A stretch of DNA of 64,000 nucleotides from Trichosphaerium sp. ATCC 40318 (GCA_038496445.1 JALMLS010000311.1:124001-188000); one strand, 5' to 3'. Shown: positions 41,501 to 55,640, numbered from the stretch's first letter. Notes: generated by a model from the letters alone, not told the origin. Numbers and translations are program-made.

Positions 41501-44483
41501 TGGACATGTTATCGACCTTCGCAAAGAAGGAAACTTCTGTAGAGAAAGCTCAATGGTGATTATTGACGTAATAATTGATTTTGTAAGGGACATGAAGCAC
41601 GAAATGGCATTGAAATCGTCAGAGTACGTCATAACTAAACACAACTTTTTTGTTTGACTTTTTTTTTTTGTAGAATTATGCCTAACATTGTGTCTGTACT
41701 TGTGATGCTCTTGCAGATACCACAATGCGAGAGTTTACTCAATATGCTTCTGTGGTACTTACGTTGTTTTGTCCATACTTTCCCAAAGCCACTATTCAAG
41801 CACCATGAAAATACTTACAGCGGGGACATTTGCAATCAACTTTTGAGACTGTGTAATATGACCAGCGAAAAGACACGTGCTCAGAGTATTGCCCTTCTCT
41901 TTGTTATGATACACGTGCGTATCAAATGCCAACTAAAGAATTTTCATCTAACTTGTACTTATAGCTCAATAACACGCTTGTCAAGAAGTTCTCCATGATG
42001 AAACTTCGTACTTCTGTCGCTACCTCACAGTTAGTAGGCTCTGGAGAATTTAAGGTACTTAGTTTTAGAATAAGCGCAAGCATTGCATGCTAATCAAATA
42101 TAGAACTTCCGTAATCTACGCCGTGGGTTAATATCTATGGCTGATTATGCTTCAGCACTCACTGAAGAGATTTCTCCAAGTGATAAGCACTTTGGACTAC
42201 ATAAAGACTTTTCAGATCAGCTTCAAGGACTTGTTGAGGCGCTATGTGAAGTCCTCGAAAAGTTCTCATTGATAGAGGAACTCAAACACCACCCAGAATA
42301 CACTGCTCAACTATACTACCAAATTTCGGTACTTACAAGTTTTATGTGCTTAAGCCTCCTGCTTTGGAAGCAAAACACCTCTGTGTTGTTCTTTTTCTAA
42401 ACTAGATTTTAGAATGGTTACCTCAATTCGCCAGAGCTTCGTGTTATTTGGCTAAACAGTCTAGCTAACTTCCAGGTTAAGGTAAGAGTCTTTACATTTA
42501 GTTGTACTTCAAAATTCTTTAACACGTGTTTTAGCAACAACGGTATGAAGAGGCGGCACAATCCAAGTTGTACATAGCCGCTTTGATACTACAAGTTCTT
42601 CAAGAAAAGCATAAAAATAATCCAAAGCAACTTCTTGGATTCCCTGAGAATATTTCTGAGCTAAAGACAATACTAACTAATATTGATGGAGAGCTTGGCA
42701 TACCTGAGATTGATGGAGACGTACGTTTTGTTATCTTATTTTTATGTCACGAAACACGTGTCAGTTCCACGTTTTCTTGCACCGAATACAACGCATACTG
42801 ATGATTCAACCTAGGAAAATGCAGAGCTTGTATCTGATGGTACATTTTCTCGTTACAAGCTGAACGAATACCTGAATGATGCAATCAGCAACTTAAAGAA
42901 GGTAACAATCTCAAAAGTAATGTACCTAATTAATTTTCGATGTAGGCCAATCTATGGGAGACTTGTATTGATGTCTATAATATTATGGTGCCTATTTTGC
43001 AAGCATCGAGGGACTACAATGGTTTATTCATGGCTTATGCTGATCTCTCAGATCTGAGTAAGAGTCTATCGCAGGCGGTAAGTAAACATCAACAACGTAA
43101 GCTTCTTATTCGATCTTTAGGATCATCGACTGTGGAGTCAATACTACAAGGTTACCTTCTTTGGTGAGGGCTGGAGAGAGGAAGCAAATAGTACTGTCAT
43201 TTACAAGGAACCTCCTGGCATTAGGCTGGCAGAGATAACAGCTCGCTTAACAGTACGAACAAGAAATATATACAATGCTAGTATTGTGCTTAGACGTTAA
43301 ATTTAGGCGGAATTCAAAAAGATTCGTGGAGAAAATACACAACTCATTAAGCACTATAATGAGGGTGATAAGTTAGAGCCTGGCGTAAACTTCTTTTCAT
43401 TAGCATCCGTTACACCTTTCCACAATATCATTCAGTTGGAAGACAGGGATACACCATACTTGCAAAACTTCCACTTAAGTAAGTACTCATCTAACAGCCA
43501 CTCAAAATCACGTGGATAAGTCTGTTAAACAAAAACATTAGTATCAATTTGATTATTCGCTCGTTTGATATAAGAGAACAATAGCTAATATTTACAATCA
43601 CTTGATTTTTCTGCGAAAAAACTTTCAAATAACTTTGATTTAGACTGTTTCAAACAAGAATCACCTATCAAGATACCTGGTTCTAACCAGTTTGGAAAGA
43701 AAAAAGTGTTTTACTACACAAATCCTTCATTCCCGTACTTGGTGTCCACTTCAACAGTTTGCAAAACAACAGAAGTGCGCTCTTCAACTCACCATCTTTT
43801 ATTAAAATTACATTTCTAGGTTATCTTGGGTCCATTAGAAGCAGCTGCAGAGCAACTAGAAGCTAAAAATGCCAGCATCCAAGAACAAGTTGATATGCAA
43901 CCACCTAACATTAAGACTTTGCAAATTGTGTTATCTGGTATCCTGACACCACGTATGAGACTCTTGATCACAAACCTTGCTTATTTTTTTTTTTAGAGGT
44001 CCAAGCAGGTCCAATCGAAATCGCTAATACCTTCCTTGCAAACACTTCTGAATATGACCCAGCACAGATACAACGCCTGAAAGATAACTTTATCATTCTA
44101 TTGGAGCTTTGCGAAAGATGTTAGTAGTCATACAAATCCAAACGTGAAAACTCATTTTTTTTTTCAAATAGGTATTTTTATTAACAGAAACTTGTTCCCA
44201 CATTATTCTGCTCCTCAGTATAATACCTTGGTACAACAACAAGAGCATTTCAAGAGTGGTCTACAAACTATAAAAGATAGATTGGTAGAGTTAGGCGTAG
44301 ACATTGAAAAGAAACCGTACGAAACTTCAAAAAAAAAGATTCAAGAATTCTCAGCACTTTTTTTATGGCCAACTTTGTTCTTAACTTTGTGTTTTTAGGT
44401 CTCGTCGTGAAGGTCTTACCAGCACGTGGGGAGGTGATTCTTCAGAAGATGTTGAGTCTAGCATAGAACAATCTGATGCGTAA
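35507..44483 (+). CDS. Dedicator of cytokinesis (DOCK-C/D, zizimin-like) Rho-family GEF
   Basis: About 40 exons; DHR1/C2 FVNNLFIYPQSVNLS..KNISVRV..PQFYDEIKVELP; ENGWFILELIMKSM; DHR2 GYLNSPELRVIWL, YYKVTFFG, IYKEP, LQIVLSGILTPQVQAGPIEIANTFL. Confidence 0.92.
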
Positions 44484-45106
44484 AGTAGTCACAGTTAAAA
44501 TGAAAGCAACCAAAAACAGGTCTTTGCTGTAAAACTGAAAAAAAGTGGTGTACAAAAAATAAACAAAGTTACGCCACTGGATGACCGTGAAATAGCGTAT
44601 GGGAGTACTGCTTGGGCGCATTACGCCATATTTAGTTGTACCATAACGCAATATCGCACCAATTTGCCTTCGCTTGCACTTGTTTTTGCTTGTACAGCGT
44701 TACTACGAACAAACGCATGGATACTGACCAGTAACGCTTTTAAGTGTACTTGGATCGTTTACGTTATTTACCCGTAATACTAAGAATACGCACCGTTGAG
44801 GTTATCTTAGGATACCCCATTGGAGTTAATCGGACATTCACTTATTTTCACCAATTCGTCTGTTTGACGCCTAAAAACTCTACTGTAGTGGTAGAATTTC
44901 CTCGTACAACGATTTTCACCTTTTAAAAAGATCGCCGTTTAAAAAATGGCGCCCAACCAACAAAACATATTAAACACTAGCGACGTAGAAATGTACCTTA
45001 ACGATACAAAAATGGTCTTCATTCTTCAATATTAAAGGCAGTTGACTTTCTCAGAATTTGAATAAATTTCAAAACACCAAACATCCCAAACCATCTGTGA
45101 CGCAAT

Positions 45107-48100
45107 ATGGGGCAAACCAATAGTCAATACGACAATCTTTGGAATAACATAGGGCAAGAACAAACAGAGTCCCTAAACAAGTGGAGAAAACAGCTTGAGC
45201 AGTTTCATAAGAAAGAGAGAGAGGAGTCAGAAGGTAAGAGATAGACATAGAAACTTGTAAAACCTTTTTCGTATTTTCGCCTCCAGTACATCACCTTTGG
45301 ATTTTTAAAACATATCTAATATCGTATAGCACTACATGAGAAGGAGAAAACATTATGGGAAGCAAAAGTAGATGCTGCAAAGACTTTGAAGGAGGAACTC
45401 GAGGAACGATTGGAACAAGCATATAATGGGTCTAGTAGCCTAGAAAAGCAGTTAGAAAGCGAAATCGCAAAAGCGAGGTAATTTGGTAACTTTTAAAAAC
45501 GGTCGCCAACGTTGTTGGAGAAAAAAAGTGTTTGAGTGTTTCTTTCGCTAGAACTAAGCGTTTGGAATACTTTAAAATTGAAATTGAAGCAATTTGCCCA
45601 ATTTGGAAAAAACTACTCTCGTTTCTCTTTGCGGAGCTCTCTCGGTTTTTTTCGCTTATATAGCGTTCTTACATGTTTTCTAGTGACTTGACGGCGGAGT
45701 TGCAAGGTCTACTATCAGCAAAACAGTTGCTGGAAGATACGAATAAAGCTCTTGAAGAAAAAATCGAAACTCTTGAAGAACTTAAAAAAGCAGAGACAAA
45801 AGTTCTTGAAGATGAGAAAAAGACCTTAGGAGAAAATATCGATGGCCTAAACGCAGAGTTAAAAGATCTCAAAGATGAAAAAGAAAAACTTGAAAATGAT
45901 TTTACTCAACTACAAAGCGCACTTGTGGCACGTGACGGTTAAATATTTTTGAAAAAAAATTTACAAAACAAAACAGTTTTGGCGGCGACTTTTTTTATGT
46001 TTACTCTTATTGTAGGAAAAGGAGAAAGAGTTGGCTATAGTAAGTACATCCAAGGCTTTCCTTGAGGAAAAGTACGTTTAATAAGACGATAACTGGCCGT
46101 AAAGAATTCAGTTGTGATCTTTTATTAATTGGGTTTTGATTTTTATTTTTGTTGTATTTGTCTTATTGGGCTCTGTGCTTATTATTTCGCGTCATAGACT
46201 CGATGAGCTCGAGGCTGAATTATTGGCGGTAAAACAAAAATTAAATGAGACTGAGACGACTATGAAAGAGGCAGAGAGTGGGTTTGTATCAGAGATAGAA
46301 GGCTTAAAGGCTACAAATGCTAAACACGTCATTAACAGTGCCGCAGATAAACAATCCTTTGAGGTATTCTAACATCAAACAATACATTGTTTTCTTCGCT
46401 AAACATTGTGTAGACAAAGTCTACGGCTTTACAGAAGTGTATAGATGATTTAACTGAAGAAAAAGAGGAGCTAATTAGAAAACTACAAGAAGCAAATGAC
46501 AAAAGAGAGTCAATAGAAGGAGATTTAAAGACTACTAATGAACAGCTACACGTCAAAGTCGCTACAACCCAAGAACAAAGCAAAGAGATAAATGACTTAC
46601 TTGATAAGGTGCGGATAGTGGTGATTGAAGTTGTACGCTTACCTGTGTTCTAGCTCAATGCTTCAATCGCACAAGAAGCTCTTTTGAGCAAAAGGATTGA
46701 AGAAATTAATGCGTCCTTTGAAGAGAAGCTTGATGCTCTTTCTGCTACGCTTGAGAGTACACAACAAGAGCTTAGCGACAGCCAAAAGCAATATTTACTT
46801 GCTGTGGAGGGACAAAAAGGTTAGATTGCTTGTAAAAGATACTTACTGTTGTTCTAATAGTATATAATAGAGCTTCAACAAAGAGTGGATGCGTTAACAG
46901 AAGAAATAGAGGAAGAGCGTGCAAGTAACCAGGAATCAAGTACGTAAACACGTTTATTCAAAGAAGACCTTTTGATTGAATAATTCAGCTTGAGCAAAAA
47001 CCTCTCATAAAATTCTTTTTTTTTCTCACCCAGTTCTCTTAGAAGAGCAACGAATTGCACTCGAACAGCAACTTGAGACAACTAAGGCCAAGATTATTGA
47101 ATTACAAGCTGAATTAGCTTCATTTGAGTCCTCTACAAAGAAGCAAACTGTATTCCATGCAACTGAAAAATTGAATTTGATGAATCAACACAGAGAAGAA
47201 CTCGAGGAGCTCCAAGCTGCCTTAGATGCACTTAAAAAGAATAAAGAAAACGTTGAAGACGCTTTCGCAAAGCTCAAGTCGACACATGCGGATCTAAACA
47301 AGCTCCTTGATGAAAAAATTGATATCATCCTACAAAGAGATGAAACGATTGACGCCATGAAGATTGACATGGAGGGTGTTAGAACACGATATGCAGAAGC
47401 CCAAGAGGAATTACAACACCGTGATACAGACTTAGCTGATAAAACTGCCGAGCTGAGAGTGAGTGACATTGAGTTCAAAGTTAAGTAACTTTAAGCTAAT
47501 CTCTTTTTACTTTAGGATTTACAAACTCGAATTGAACACCTTGAACCTTTCCAACAAAAATACACAGAGCTAGCAAAGCAATACGTTGAATTAGAGGAGC
47601 AATTTGAGAGTACAAAAGAACTTTTAAAGTCTGCTCAAGATGGTTCTGAATCGCAAACAACACAACTTGAACAAAAGGCAAGCTTCAAGTTTTTAGTCTC
47701 ACCCTAGTTTTAACTTTTTTTTGATTACAGGATCGTGAAGCCGCCCAAGTCCGTGAAGAGCTTAAAAAAGTCAAGGAAGCACAAGAGACACAAATGGAAG
47801 ATGTACGATAAAACACACTTGTTTGAAATTGTCACGTGACTTATTGTTTTTTCAGCTTGGATCTCAACTTGAGGCCTTGGAAAAATTCAAGGATATGTAC
47901 AATACCTTGCGTGATACACATACAGAGCAAGAGAAGGAGTTAAGAAAACTACAACGTCATAGTGCTGCTGAAACGGATAAAGCCCAATTGATGGAAATTG
48001 AACTTGAAGCAAAAGAAGCGAACCTTTCCCAGATCAGACAAGAATATGATAAAGATACTCGCGAATGGCAGGAAGAGCGCTTAGTCATGCAAGCAGAAAT

Positions 48101-48846
48101 TGATAGGCTCAAGCAAGCACTTCAAACTATGGGCGAGGAAGATCGTTACATGTACAGACATACAATTGATGACCGAATGGATGTAGAAATGGATGCACCA
48201 GGTAAGACTATTTTGTTTGTTTTTCTTGCTTGAAACTAATTTTGTTCTAAGATTCTCCTGCAAATCTACCTGCTCCTGACTTTTCTGGTATTGATGTTGA
48301 AGATTCTCATTATGTAATGACTCCTATCTCCACACCTCAACCAGGTACATTCCGTGTACCGCGCCCAAGACGACCAAGACACAAAACAATCAACTACCTC
48401 GAAGTTACAGGTACGCCTTCTACTAATTTCCTTTATGAAAGCTCCAGGCGCTGCTAACACTTGTCTAGCGAGAGAGGGTCAAAAATGGATAGCAGAAATG
48501 GGTGGTATTCATCATACTCATCTCAGTGAGGACTTCGAGTTTCGTCCACGTGAATTTCGGTATGCTACACGTGCTTTTAAAGTTTTTTACTCAAATTACT
48601 AATTATTGCTATAGTGCACCTACTCCTTTCTGGTCCCCTATGCGTAAACCATTAAAGTCTAGGAAGAATGGTAAAGTACGAAAAAGTATGCCAAGTGCTA
48701 CTATTTCTAGAACATTATCCAAGAACGCTTGGGTTTCAAAGTACAACAGATTTGGAACAGGTGGTGGTAAACGAAAATCTTTCACTGTCACTTCTCCATC
48801 AAAGAAAAAGGCTATATCTAAAAGAAGAAGAGTTACTATTAAGTAA
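45107..48846 (+). CDS. Long coiled-coil protein with N-myristoylation motif and basic C-terminal tail
   Basis: Start MGQTNS; E/K/L heptad exons; ends ...TSPSKKKAISKRRRVTIK*. Confidence 0.7.
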
Positions 48847-49180
48847 CCTCAACTGTATGCCTGTAATTTCCCCAAAACCCTACCCCCTTTTGTTAATAGT
48901 AATCAAAAACTGCCTTGTGAAAAAAAAAAAAAACCCGAATGTACATTTTACCTGTTTCTTTGCAAATAATGTTTAAATAAACGCCTTGTTCTTAATAAGT
49001 CTTATATCAAGTATCAGTGACTTCTAACCTTACGTCAAAGTTGGCAAGTCTCTTGCATAGGAGCAACAAATTCAATGAAAAACTGAATCTACTGAGATTA
49101 CATAATAACGCCTTAAGAGTTTGATAGTCAAAAACAGAAACATCACTTTACAAATATTTCCAAATAGAGACACCTGCGCA

Positions 49181-49932
49181 ATGAAAACTATTGGGATTAT
49201 CGGAGGCATGAGCTGGGAATCCTCGTTGAAATACTACAAGATTATTAACGAAACAGTGAAAGAAAAGCTCGGTGGAACACACTCTGCTAAGAGTATAATG
49301 TACTCGGTTGATTTCGCAGAAGTAGAAGAGCTACAAAACAAAGGAAATTGGAAAGAAATGGAAAAAATAATGGTAGACGCTGGAAAAGCTCTGGAGAGCG
49401 CAGGAGCCGATGTAGTCGTTATTGCAACAAATACTATGCATAAGCTTGTCAAGGCAATGGAAAAAGAGATAACAATACCTATACTACACATAGCTGATCC
49501 AACAGGTGAAGCTATTAAGAAAAAAAGCTTAAAGAAGATTATTTTATTGGGTACCAAGTTCACAATGGAAGAAGATTTTTACAAGGAGAGACTTGTAGAT
49601 ATCTTTGGATTAGATGTCATTATACCTTGCTTGGAAGATAGAGATGTAGTTCATAGAGTACGTGCAACTCACTATTGAGAAGAAGAAAGCTTATTTTTAT
49701 CCTTAAGGTTATTTACAATGAGCTTGTTGTTGGTAAAATAACTGTGGATTCTAAGAATAACTATGTGGATATTATTGAACGTCTCGCAAAGAAAGGTGCT
49801 CAAGGCGTCATTCTCGGTTGTACAGAGATTGGATTATTAGTTGCTCAAGAAGATGTCAGCATACCTGTATTTGATACTACAATTTTACATGCAAAAGCGG
49901 CTGTAGAGTTTGCGTGTAACGAAGCAAAATAA
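49181..49932 (+). CDS. PLP-independent Asp/Glu-family amino-acid racemase (YgeA/RacX type)
   Basis: MKTIGIIGGMSWESS, IATNTMH, ILHIAD, LLGTKFTME, VILGCTEIGLL, PVFDTT; one intron 49658-49707. Confidence 0.93.
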
Positions 49933-49995
49933 ATATAAAATCATGTGTTTTTTTCACGATTTATTGACTGATATCAATACTTGTATTGCTACCCG

Positions 49996-52071
49996 CTAAC
50001 CAACAATAAATACATTATGTGAATCAGATCCTACAAGTAATTTGTATGATTTTGGATGCCAAACCGCTTCATTGATATAGTCATTGTCCACTACATTGAA
50101 AACTTAGCAAAAGAAAACAAATGACATTTGGGGTTTTTTCCAAATCTTGGTAACAAAGTACGTACATTGTAGTGTATGTACAACACATTGATGGTATTTA
50201 TGAATAAAGAATAACTTTCCTGTAGTACAACCAGTGACTATGAATTTACCATCACTTGAAACACTTGGTTTCAGCATGCAAACACTTTTTTTTGTATTCT
50301 CCATATATTTTCCTGTTGAGAAGCATAAGAAATCACTTGGGCGACAAATTATTTAAAACAAGTACCCAATGCTCCAGAGTATATTGAAAACACAATTGAT
50401 GATGTATCAATATCATACAGTGTTGTTATGACAGGTAAATCGAGATGTTGATCAGTACCTTTAGTTTTCTTACACCAACTAAGAAAACAGGTTAGATATT
50501 GTAATCAAGTCTTATACGTTTATGCTCTTTGTGATTAGCATACTTTATTACAAGTTGCTTTGAGTCTGGTGTAAACGAACACCCAGATGGCATTCCATCA
50601 AGATCTATTTTGCAACGCGATTGTACAACTCTACAGTCGGATAACCAGTCTTTTAAATTATATACAACAATAGAACTATTTTTCTTTCTTCTCATTGACA
50701 TCAACGCTTAAGCAAGTAAAGTAAACTTAACTGTTAAATACAGAAACAAGTTGTAAATTGTACCAAGAGTGGTGCCATCTGGAGATACATTCTTGTGGGT
50801 ACGTTTTGTATTACCAATACCTTTAAATTTCTTCTCATAACTGTATGTGCGTGTTTCAACATTATACAAGTCCATATGGTTTTTGCTATTGTCTACCTCT
50901 AAATACCACATGTGAGTAAAACAATAAATTATGTCAAAAAGTGTATAAAAAAGTGACAACAAAAAATTGTTTGCTACAGCCATAAGGCAGTCAAACAGTA
51001 CCGTGAATAATACGTGTGTTGTCAAACCATGCAAACTCTAGTATAGGCGTTGGTGGGTTATTAAATGACCCATCACAAGGTGAATAGAGAGGTAACTTTA
51101 CCTACAAAAAAAAAACAGAGCATTAGGCATAAAAACTCTTTTTTTCTTGGTTATGTACATTGTTTGTGCTTTGATTATTATTGAACTTTAATACCCGAAT
51201 ATGATTTTTGTCATTAAATAATAACCCAAGATACTTTCCATCAGGTGACCATCTGTGACAATAATGGTCTGAAGTGCAAAAACTTCGTGAATAGAACTTG
51301 CTAAATGTTGTATTGAAAGGATTGGAGATTTCTTCAGGGGAACACACTTGAACATGACATTGTCCAGTAAAGCAAACTTTATCATCGCTGGAAGAAGGTC
51401 TCCAAGAGCAACACCATACCTATCAAGTTTCTTAGAAAATAGTATCAATGAGCTAAAAGTGCTAGTTTGCACCTATGTAACCACGTGGTTACAACATGAA
51501 TGCAGCGGTGTCGAATTTTTGAAAAACATTTTCTCAGGTGCATGTCTTTAATGGCGAAAACGTACTTCATCGCCAGCATCACCACTGTGTAACTTTGTAA
51601 ACCGTTTTATGCACAATACTTTTGACAACTCCTTTACAGTACAACAGTAAAAACGAGAACTGCTATTCGGCTTTTTAACGCACAATACGCCAATTGTCTG
51701 ATGTTGGAGTGATATCACAGTCAATAGAAACGATTTCAAGGTATTTTTTCTAAAAGGCGTCAGATTTAAACAACAATGATTACAAACCTTCCAAAGCATC
51801 TCAAAACGTGATACGCTTGACCAGTAGCTAAATTCAAACTTAAACTAACTTTAATAGTGTCAACCATACGAGCAAACCCTTGCAATTGATGGCAAATCAT
51901 ATAAATTAGCGTGCTAAAGCGTAACTTTAGACGAATAACCTCAAAGAATAAAGCTATTACCAAAAAACACTCCAACAAACACTCAACAGGTAGTATTGAT
52001 ATATTCTCCGCCATCAAAGCCATGTCACTTTGTCTTTTCTCTTTGGCGTTGTCCCAGTTCCGAATTAGCAT
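49996..52071 (-). CDS. F-box / WD40-like beta-propeller protein
   Basis: F-box ISILPVECLLECFL|HANLYDLPSIARVCS|YWSSVSRFEMLWK; blades WSPDGKYL, VSPDGTTL, FTPDSKQL, VSSDGKFIVTG, VWHPKS. Confidence 0.75.
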
Positions 52072-52317
52072 TTGCGATTTTAGTCGGCTAGTAAAAAAAG
52101 GTCAGAGTTTTTCCTTAATTTTCTGAGCTGGTTTTCGTTGGTCCCAAAAACTTAACGGCTAAAAGGCAAAGCCGTTTAGCGACCACCTCTGAAACAACTA
52201 GTAGTAAAACTTCTTATTGCCTTTACAGCTATTATTGTACAAATAAAAAAGTATACAATACAGTACATGAAAACAATATTTATACAAGGCGAAGTTTTTA
52301 CAAGGTTGGAAAGTACA

Positions 52318-53354
52318 TTATTCTTTTGTAGCGGATTGCTGCTTCTTCTTCTTCTTTGGGCGTTCTCCACTGTCTCCTTCTTCTTCTCGCTTACGTTTAG
52401 AGCTTTCCGTAGAATCTGAACTTTGAGTTCGTTTACGATTAGCTTTGTAAAAGTCGACAAGCTTTTTAAATGTTGCCTTCGGCACAACAGTTACCTGTTC
52501 TGCGTTGGCTACACTGTTGTGTTCCACAGTAAGATGGAGGAGGCATTCTACAAAGGAACTCAGTAATAACAGGAACATATTCCGTACCATGACGTGAGTG
52601 GAGCTGAGCCTGAAATGGATAACCCATAAGGTCCATACACTCCTCAACTCTGATAATGGTTCTTTTAAGAAATAAATCAAAGTTAGGAATACTGTCTATA
52701 TGAGTTACGTCATTGCGTCTCTTAATAATGTAAATTATGTTCTCCAAGAACAACTCAGCTTCTCCACGAGACAATTTTATAAGTGAGCAAAAGTTGCTCC
52801 AGTTATGGTCGTTGTCGAAGAAAGGCCTCCATTTGGGAAGCTCTAGTATTTCAACGCAGCCCTCCCATTGGATTTTATACCCCTCACCTTTTACTACCCT
52901 GCGTATCGTGTCGCAGAGTTCTTCTAACACAGAGTGAAATCTGTACGTATTCAACCCCCCTACGGCGTCTATGTCGCCTTTTTTTAGGTTGCCTTGGTTG
53001 TTTGGAGTCGGACGCCGGTATGGTAGACGACTTAAAAAAAATTAGAGAAAAAAACCACTTTAACTTGTCAAACAATAATTGACGTAAAAAGTTTCTGGCG
53101 TACCGCGCGGTTGTAGGGCGCTTTACCTGCCGTCGCGGCTCACAGAACTCTCTTACTGGCCTGCGATTGTTCACTTGTTCGCTACTCGGCTGTTGAGTAA
53201 CTACGTAAGTTAGTACAAACAACTGTACGATGGAGGGCGTACATGATATAGAAGGCCTGTGTTCATCAATCGAAGATCCTACAAAGCAGTTAACCGTTAA
53301 CGCACGTGCTAATTTATTACCTCCAGAAGTTTGCGTTTTAGGTTGTTGAGACAT
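52318..53354 (-). CDS. Hypothetical protein with HEPN-like Rx4H motif and C-terminal NLS; start uncertain
   Basis: Helical exon ...LFLENIIYIIKRRNDVTHID...; tail KRKREEEG..RPKKKKKQ. Confidence 0.5.
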
Positions 53355-53902
53355 AGCTTTCTTTTGTTTTAATTTACTGCTACAAGTTTTTCGTATTGGA
53401 GTTGTACTTGTTGTTGAACACCAAGTCAACCATATTCTTGTAGCCGAAAGCATTGCTGATAGGCTTGTGCATGGGATAATTACTCCTCGGCGCGTCATTG
53501 TTGCGTACAATGTGTTAATACCCTGTATTAAAAAAAACTACAGAATGCTCCAATGATCTCAGTTTCAAGCGCCAGAACAATATCCTGATCGTTTATAATA
53601 CTATATCCGTGAGCAACAACGTCCTTTTATAGCGTTTAGGTGCTCGTAACAAATGCAATTGATAATAGTATCAATCACAACCTCCAGAAATTTGATTGAT
53701 TTTTGTACTTTAGTAAAAAAGTTGATCGTATTCCAAGCTGTTTTGGTTTGTAAAACCGTATAGCTTTAACTCTATCGCTCATGTTTAAATTATGAAGCTG
53801 ACCAGGTTGGATAATCGGTTTATAGCCTGGTTAGAAGAATGTTACAAATGTGCTACGGAAATCAAACTGTTACGTTCAATGAAAGCAATACCACTATGTT
53901 TA

Positions 53903-54073
53903 ATGCAAATCTTCGTAAAGACTCTAGGAGTCAAGATAATCAGTCTAGAGGTTGAGCAATCCGATAACATCTACAACATCCAACAAAAGATTCAAGACAA
54001 AGAAGGTAATCCGCCTGATCAACAACGCCTTGTCTTCGCTGGTAGACAACTAGGAGATTGCTGGTTTTCATAA
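53903..54073 (+). pseudogene. Truncated, diverged ubiquitin copy
   Basis: [52 protein letters not shown] then CWFS*; C-terminal part and LRGG missing. Confidence 0.75.
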
Positions 54074-54235
54074 CAAAGGGCATAACTGTCTAAAACACTG
54101 TAGCTAGCCATGGAACAAGGCCTGGTGATGAATGCTGAGCTTACAATACAAGATTCGTCCAATAAATACAAGCATTGTTCATGACTATAAGCGCAACTGT
54201 AACAAACCTAACAGTTCAAAATTCAGTTTTATTGT

Positions 54236-55640
54236 TTAGTATCTGTCAACTTCATCCTTTTCGTCTTGTTCTTCTTGTGGTACACGTTTTCTTAAAAGAT
54301 TCTCAAGATGTACTCGATACATTTCAAGTGTTTTGATAGGAGAATCCCAAGGTACACGAATCTCTCTCCATACATCTGACGTTTTTTCCAAGCCCATCAC
54401 ATCCATACCTTCATAATGTGTTAATAGTTTATACGATAAAAAAAGCATGCTGATTTCATTTTGGGCGACCTTTAAACCCAAAAATCACGTGATGGCCACT
54501 AAGAATGTTTTTAAAAAAGCATCCACAAATCGCAACTACACGCTGTTTTTGAACAATGTTCTTTGATTCGAGGGTACAGTTGAATAATAGACACTACATG
54601 TCTTACCTTTGCAGTCAAAGCCAGAAAAGTAAGCATCAATAAATTCTACGTCTGCATATTGCTTTACTAATGTTAATAACTCTTTTGCAAATGTGTCGTT
54701 CATGTCTGTAAGAAGTTTTCGGGAAACAGGAGCAATAGGATCTTGAGGAGCAGATTCATACTCATCAGGGAAAACTTGTTTCATTTGACCATTACTAGAA
54801 CGGGACGTAAGTCGACATACGCGTGATTCTTTCTACAAATACATACCTTCTTAATAAGAGAACATCTCTAGCTTCCATTTCCAAGAAAGCAACATCATCC
54901 TTTAGTTCTTTGAGTTTATTTTTACTACCCTCTTGATTTTCTTCAAATTTATCCAACACTTTTTCAATTTCTTTATCATCCTTCAATTCTCTTACTTTAC
55001 CCGTTACTGTTACACGCGTAAGTGGGAGAGTTTCAGGATCTCTTCCTTTAGGAGGTAATTGTGTAACCTACAGCCAAACGTTAGTCGCTAAATCCAAAAA
55101 AAGATGACAATTCAGTGAAACTTGAGTGTCAAACTCGTACAACTAAATTACTCATTTTGACATCTGCCAAATGCTTGTAATGTGGTGAATCTTTCTTTAT
55201 GGAAATAAATGGATGGCATTTGTTCATATCAACCAGTGTGTAGGGCACAAACGAGGAGTACATTGGCCCTTCATTGCCTTGTTCGGCGTCTTTTATGTTT
55301 TGCAGTGTTACTGTGGTATAAACACCTGCCATACGCGCTTGAAGCATTGCTTTGGCCTTGTCAGCTACAGCTAAGTTGTATTTGGCAAATTCTGTTTCAT
55401 TAATAGGTTGGGCTTCGCTATCTTCGTGTTCAATGCCAACTTGAAGGGGTGGTCTGTTAATATAACTAAGAGAGGTCACAGAACTTACTGAAAGAATCGC
55501 TACCGCCTTCATCTACCTCACAGTATTGACGAACGATCCTACGAGCTTGATAGAAGTTAGTATACGCCATGAACGCCTGTATTTGTACCATTTACGCGTT
55601 TTACGTGTGATTTAATTGAAATAGTGCCTTTTGGGCGCAT
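54236..55640 (-). CDS. Split-barrel (pyridoxamine 5'-phosphate oxidase-like/HugZ) + DUF2470 protein, GluTR-binding protein-like
   Basis: MYSSFVPY, SPHYKHL, RVTVTGKV, DEYESAPQDPIA..LLTDMN, FSGFDCKGMDV, EIRVPW; basic N-terminus suggests an organellar presequence; start uncertain. Confidence 0.7.
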
